DNA of 64,000 bases. Source: Lepidodermella squamata (lineage: Eukaryota; Animalia; Gastrotricha). The stretch's first letter is position 1. The number at the start of each line of letters is the position of its first letter. Under the pieces are notes generated by a model, which was given only the letters and a program-made list of their open reading frames with translations, ran no database searches and had not been told where the DNA came from. Location: positions 3,162,001-3,226,000 of the forward strand of contig JBLDXI010000009.1 in assembly GCA_047495785.1 (NCBI GenBank), given 5' to 3'. The position numbers and the translations under genes were made by a program. Of the stretch, positions 62,257 through 64,000 are shown in pieces.

Positions 62257-63981
62257 ATGCCGAATGACAGCCAATCGAGCTTTTTCACAGTTTTCGACAT
62301 TACCGTCGTGTTCCTCGCTCTGCTAGCCAATAGCTGTATTTTAAAGGCCGTACTCAAATGCCATTTCAATTTGACCGGCTACAGACGTTTCCTCATCAGC
62401 TTGATCGCAGGAGACCTATACTTCGTGAGTCACATTTGTTAATAAGTTGATTTCGAAAAACTGCCATCCTTTAGTGTGGGGTCAATGTGTTGACCTTTCT
62501 ATTCCAGCTGCTAGTCGATCTGAGTGCGACTGATTCGACTCGCCAGCTGAGTGCAGTTTTGGATCATGTATATTTCAAATGTTGGGCTAATATTCTACGC
62601 ACTCTGCAATTGGTTGGATTCTTCCTGAACTTGCTCAATTTGTGCGGCATGAGTGCGGACCACTTCATCGGTGTTGTGTACCCAATCAAATACAGATATG
62701 TGAGTTCATTATAGGACTGAAAGGTTTAAGGGTGAAGCTTCGAATTAATTTCAGATTATGAGTAAATCCGCTGCGAGGCTCGCTGTAGCTGCGGTTTGGG
62801 TCTTTTCCTTCCTCTTCGGTCTGTATCTAATAATTGATCAGATGAAAGTAATGCGATCAGCGTTTTTCATTTTTTCAGCTTTCGTTGACTTACTTATCAA
62901 AGCGATCACTTTGAACAGAACTTCTGATACTGTCGTAGCAAACCAGAACGATTTTTTACCTCCTGAGGATCTTACTAAGCCATTCTTTCAAAATTCTCAT
63001 CAAAGTCGAGATGAAAAGTTAGCATTTCTACTTGAAATGCTCCAACGAGAAGACGAGAGTTCTAAGGAAATCGGTATATCATTCAAACTAGCTTTTAGAG
63101 CCATTTTAATTTACTATAATAGAAGCTTGTATATTCCATCATGATACTAAAATGTGGTTCGAGTGCGTAATCATCTCGTTAGCCATCGTATGCGGAACGT
63201 TCCTCGTAATCTGTTACACAGTAGTGGTCAAAAGAGTCTCAGATGCAACTCGAAAAAACTCTTCGACTAAAAAACTCATTGGAACAACGGTACTGCTCAT
63301 TGGCGTCTTCGTTGTCTGGTAAATTTTGAGCTGTAAGATGACTGCTGGAATTTTAATCTCTTCAAATTCAGCTGGATTCCTTTTGTAATCTGGGAATTAA
63401 CCATGTATGTGATCTTCAAATCCGGAAGCGCTACGTCAAATTACAGTCCGATGGAAATTCCATACAAGGAGCAGCTATTGTCTAAGTTTGTCTGATTCGA
63501 TCACAGAGCGGCTTTTCTTTGAAATATCTGTTACTAGATCCCTGCTGATCCAGCAAATTTTGAGCTCACTTCAGCGGACCTATCCGTTAATTGATCCGAT
63601 CATTTATGCCGCTCGCATGCCTTCAGTTCAGCAGTAAGTTGCACATTTTCAAAAGCTTCCTTTCATGTAAATTAAATTTTCTTAAGGCAGATTCTGGTCC
63701 GTTTTGTCCGGCTGTTTCCTTGCTGCACTAATTTGTGCCTCAAGTTTCTAAGCAAACAGTCACACAAATCATTGCTGACCAGTTCAAACAACTTTTTCAT
63801 GTCAAAGACTAAATCTGGAAACTCACTCTCTGGGCTCAGTTACCGCGAGGGGGTGTTCAATATTAGGAGCCAGGCTGAGCAAAGTGTCGATCTCAAACCG
63901 GATATCGGTCCCACGTCTCCGACTGAGAAGCAATATTATTACAAGAATAATTTGCACTTGGGCACTTCCCACGATAGTTGA
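62257..63981 (+). CDS. Class A GPCR, array copy 16 (short ECL2, ~65 aa)
   Basis: MPNDSQSSFF..FD, GYRRFLISLIAGDL, KCWANILRTLQL, MSADHF, KMWFE, CWIP, YPLIDPIIYAARMP. Stop at 63981. Confidence 0.92.
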
Positions 63982-64000
63982 GGATATCGATCGCAAAACT

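Noticed and set aside
1-64000. Assigning gene symbols (melanocortin, adenosine, aex-2 or sr* receptors), or CRISPR/prokaryotic systems
   Set aside because: Motif resemblance is insufficient for orthology. No repeat-spacer arrays or prokaryotic gene organisation are present.

Overview
Eukaryotic genomic DNA, probably nematode-like (many ~50-nt GT-AG introns, frequent TTTCAG-type acceptors; the taxon is an inference). Nearly the whole window is a head-to-tail tandem array of 16 intron-containing class A (rhodopsin-like) 7TM GPCR paralogs on the + strand. In the exons I read through I found no disabling stops. The family is atypical. The DRY arginine is replaced in every copy (DH[F/Y/L], EH[F/Y], DQF), the N-terminus is mostly only ~10 aa, ECL2 is very large and hypervariable (~65-195 aa), and TM7 reads DPxxY-like. 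One unrelated coiled-coil gene lies on the - strand inside the array. A tRNA-like element and several MITE-type non-autonomous DNA transposons are also present, with a nest of them in the large introns of copy 9. Gene coordinates are start-to-stop spans that include introns and were reconstructed by eye.
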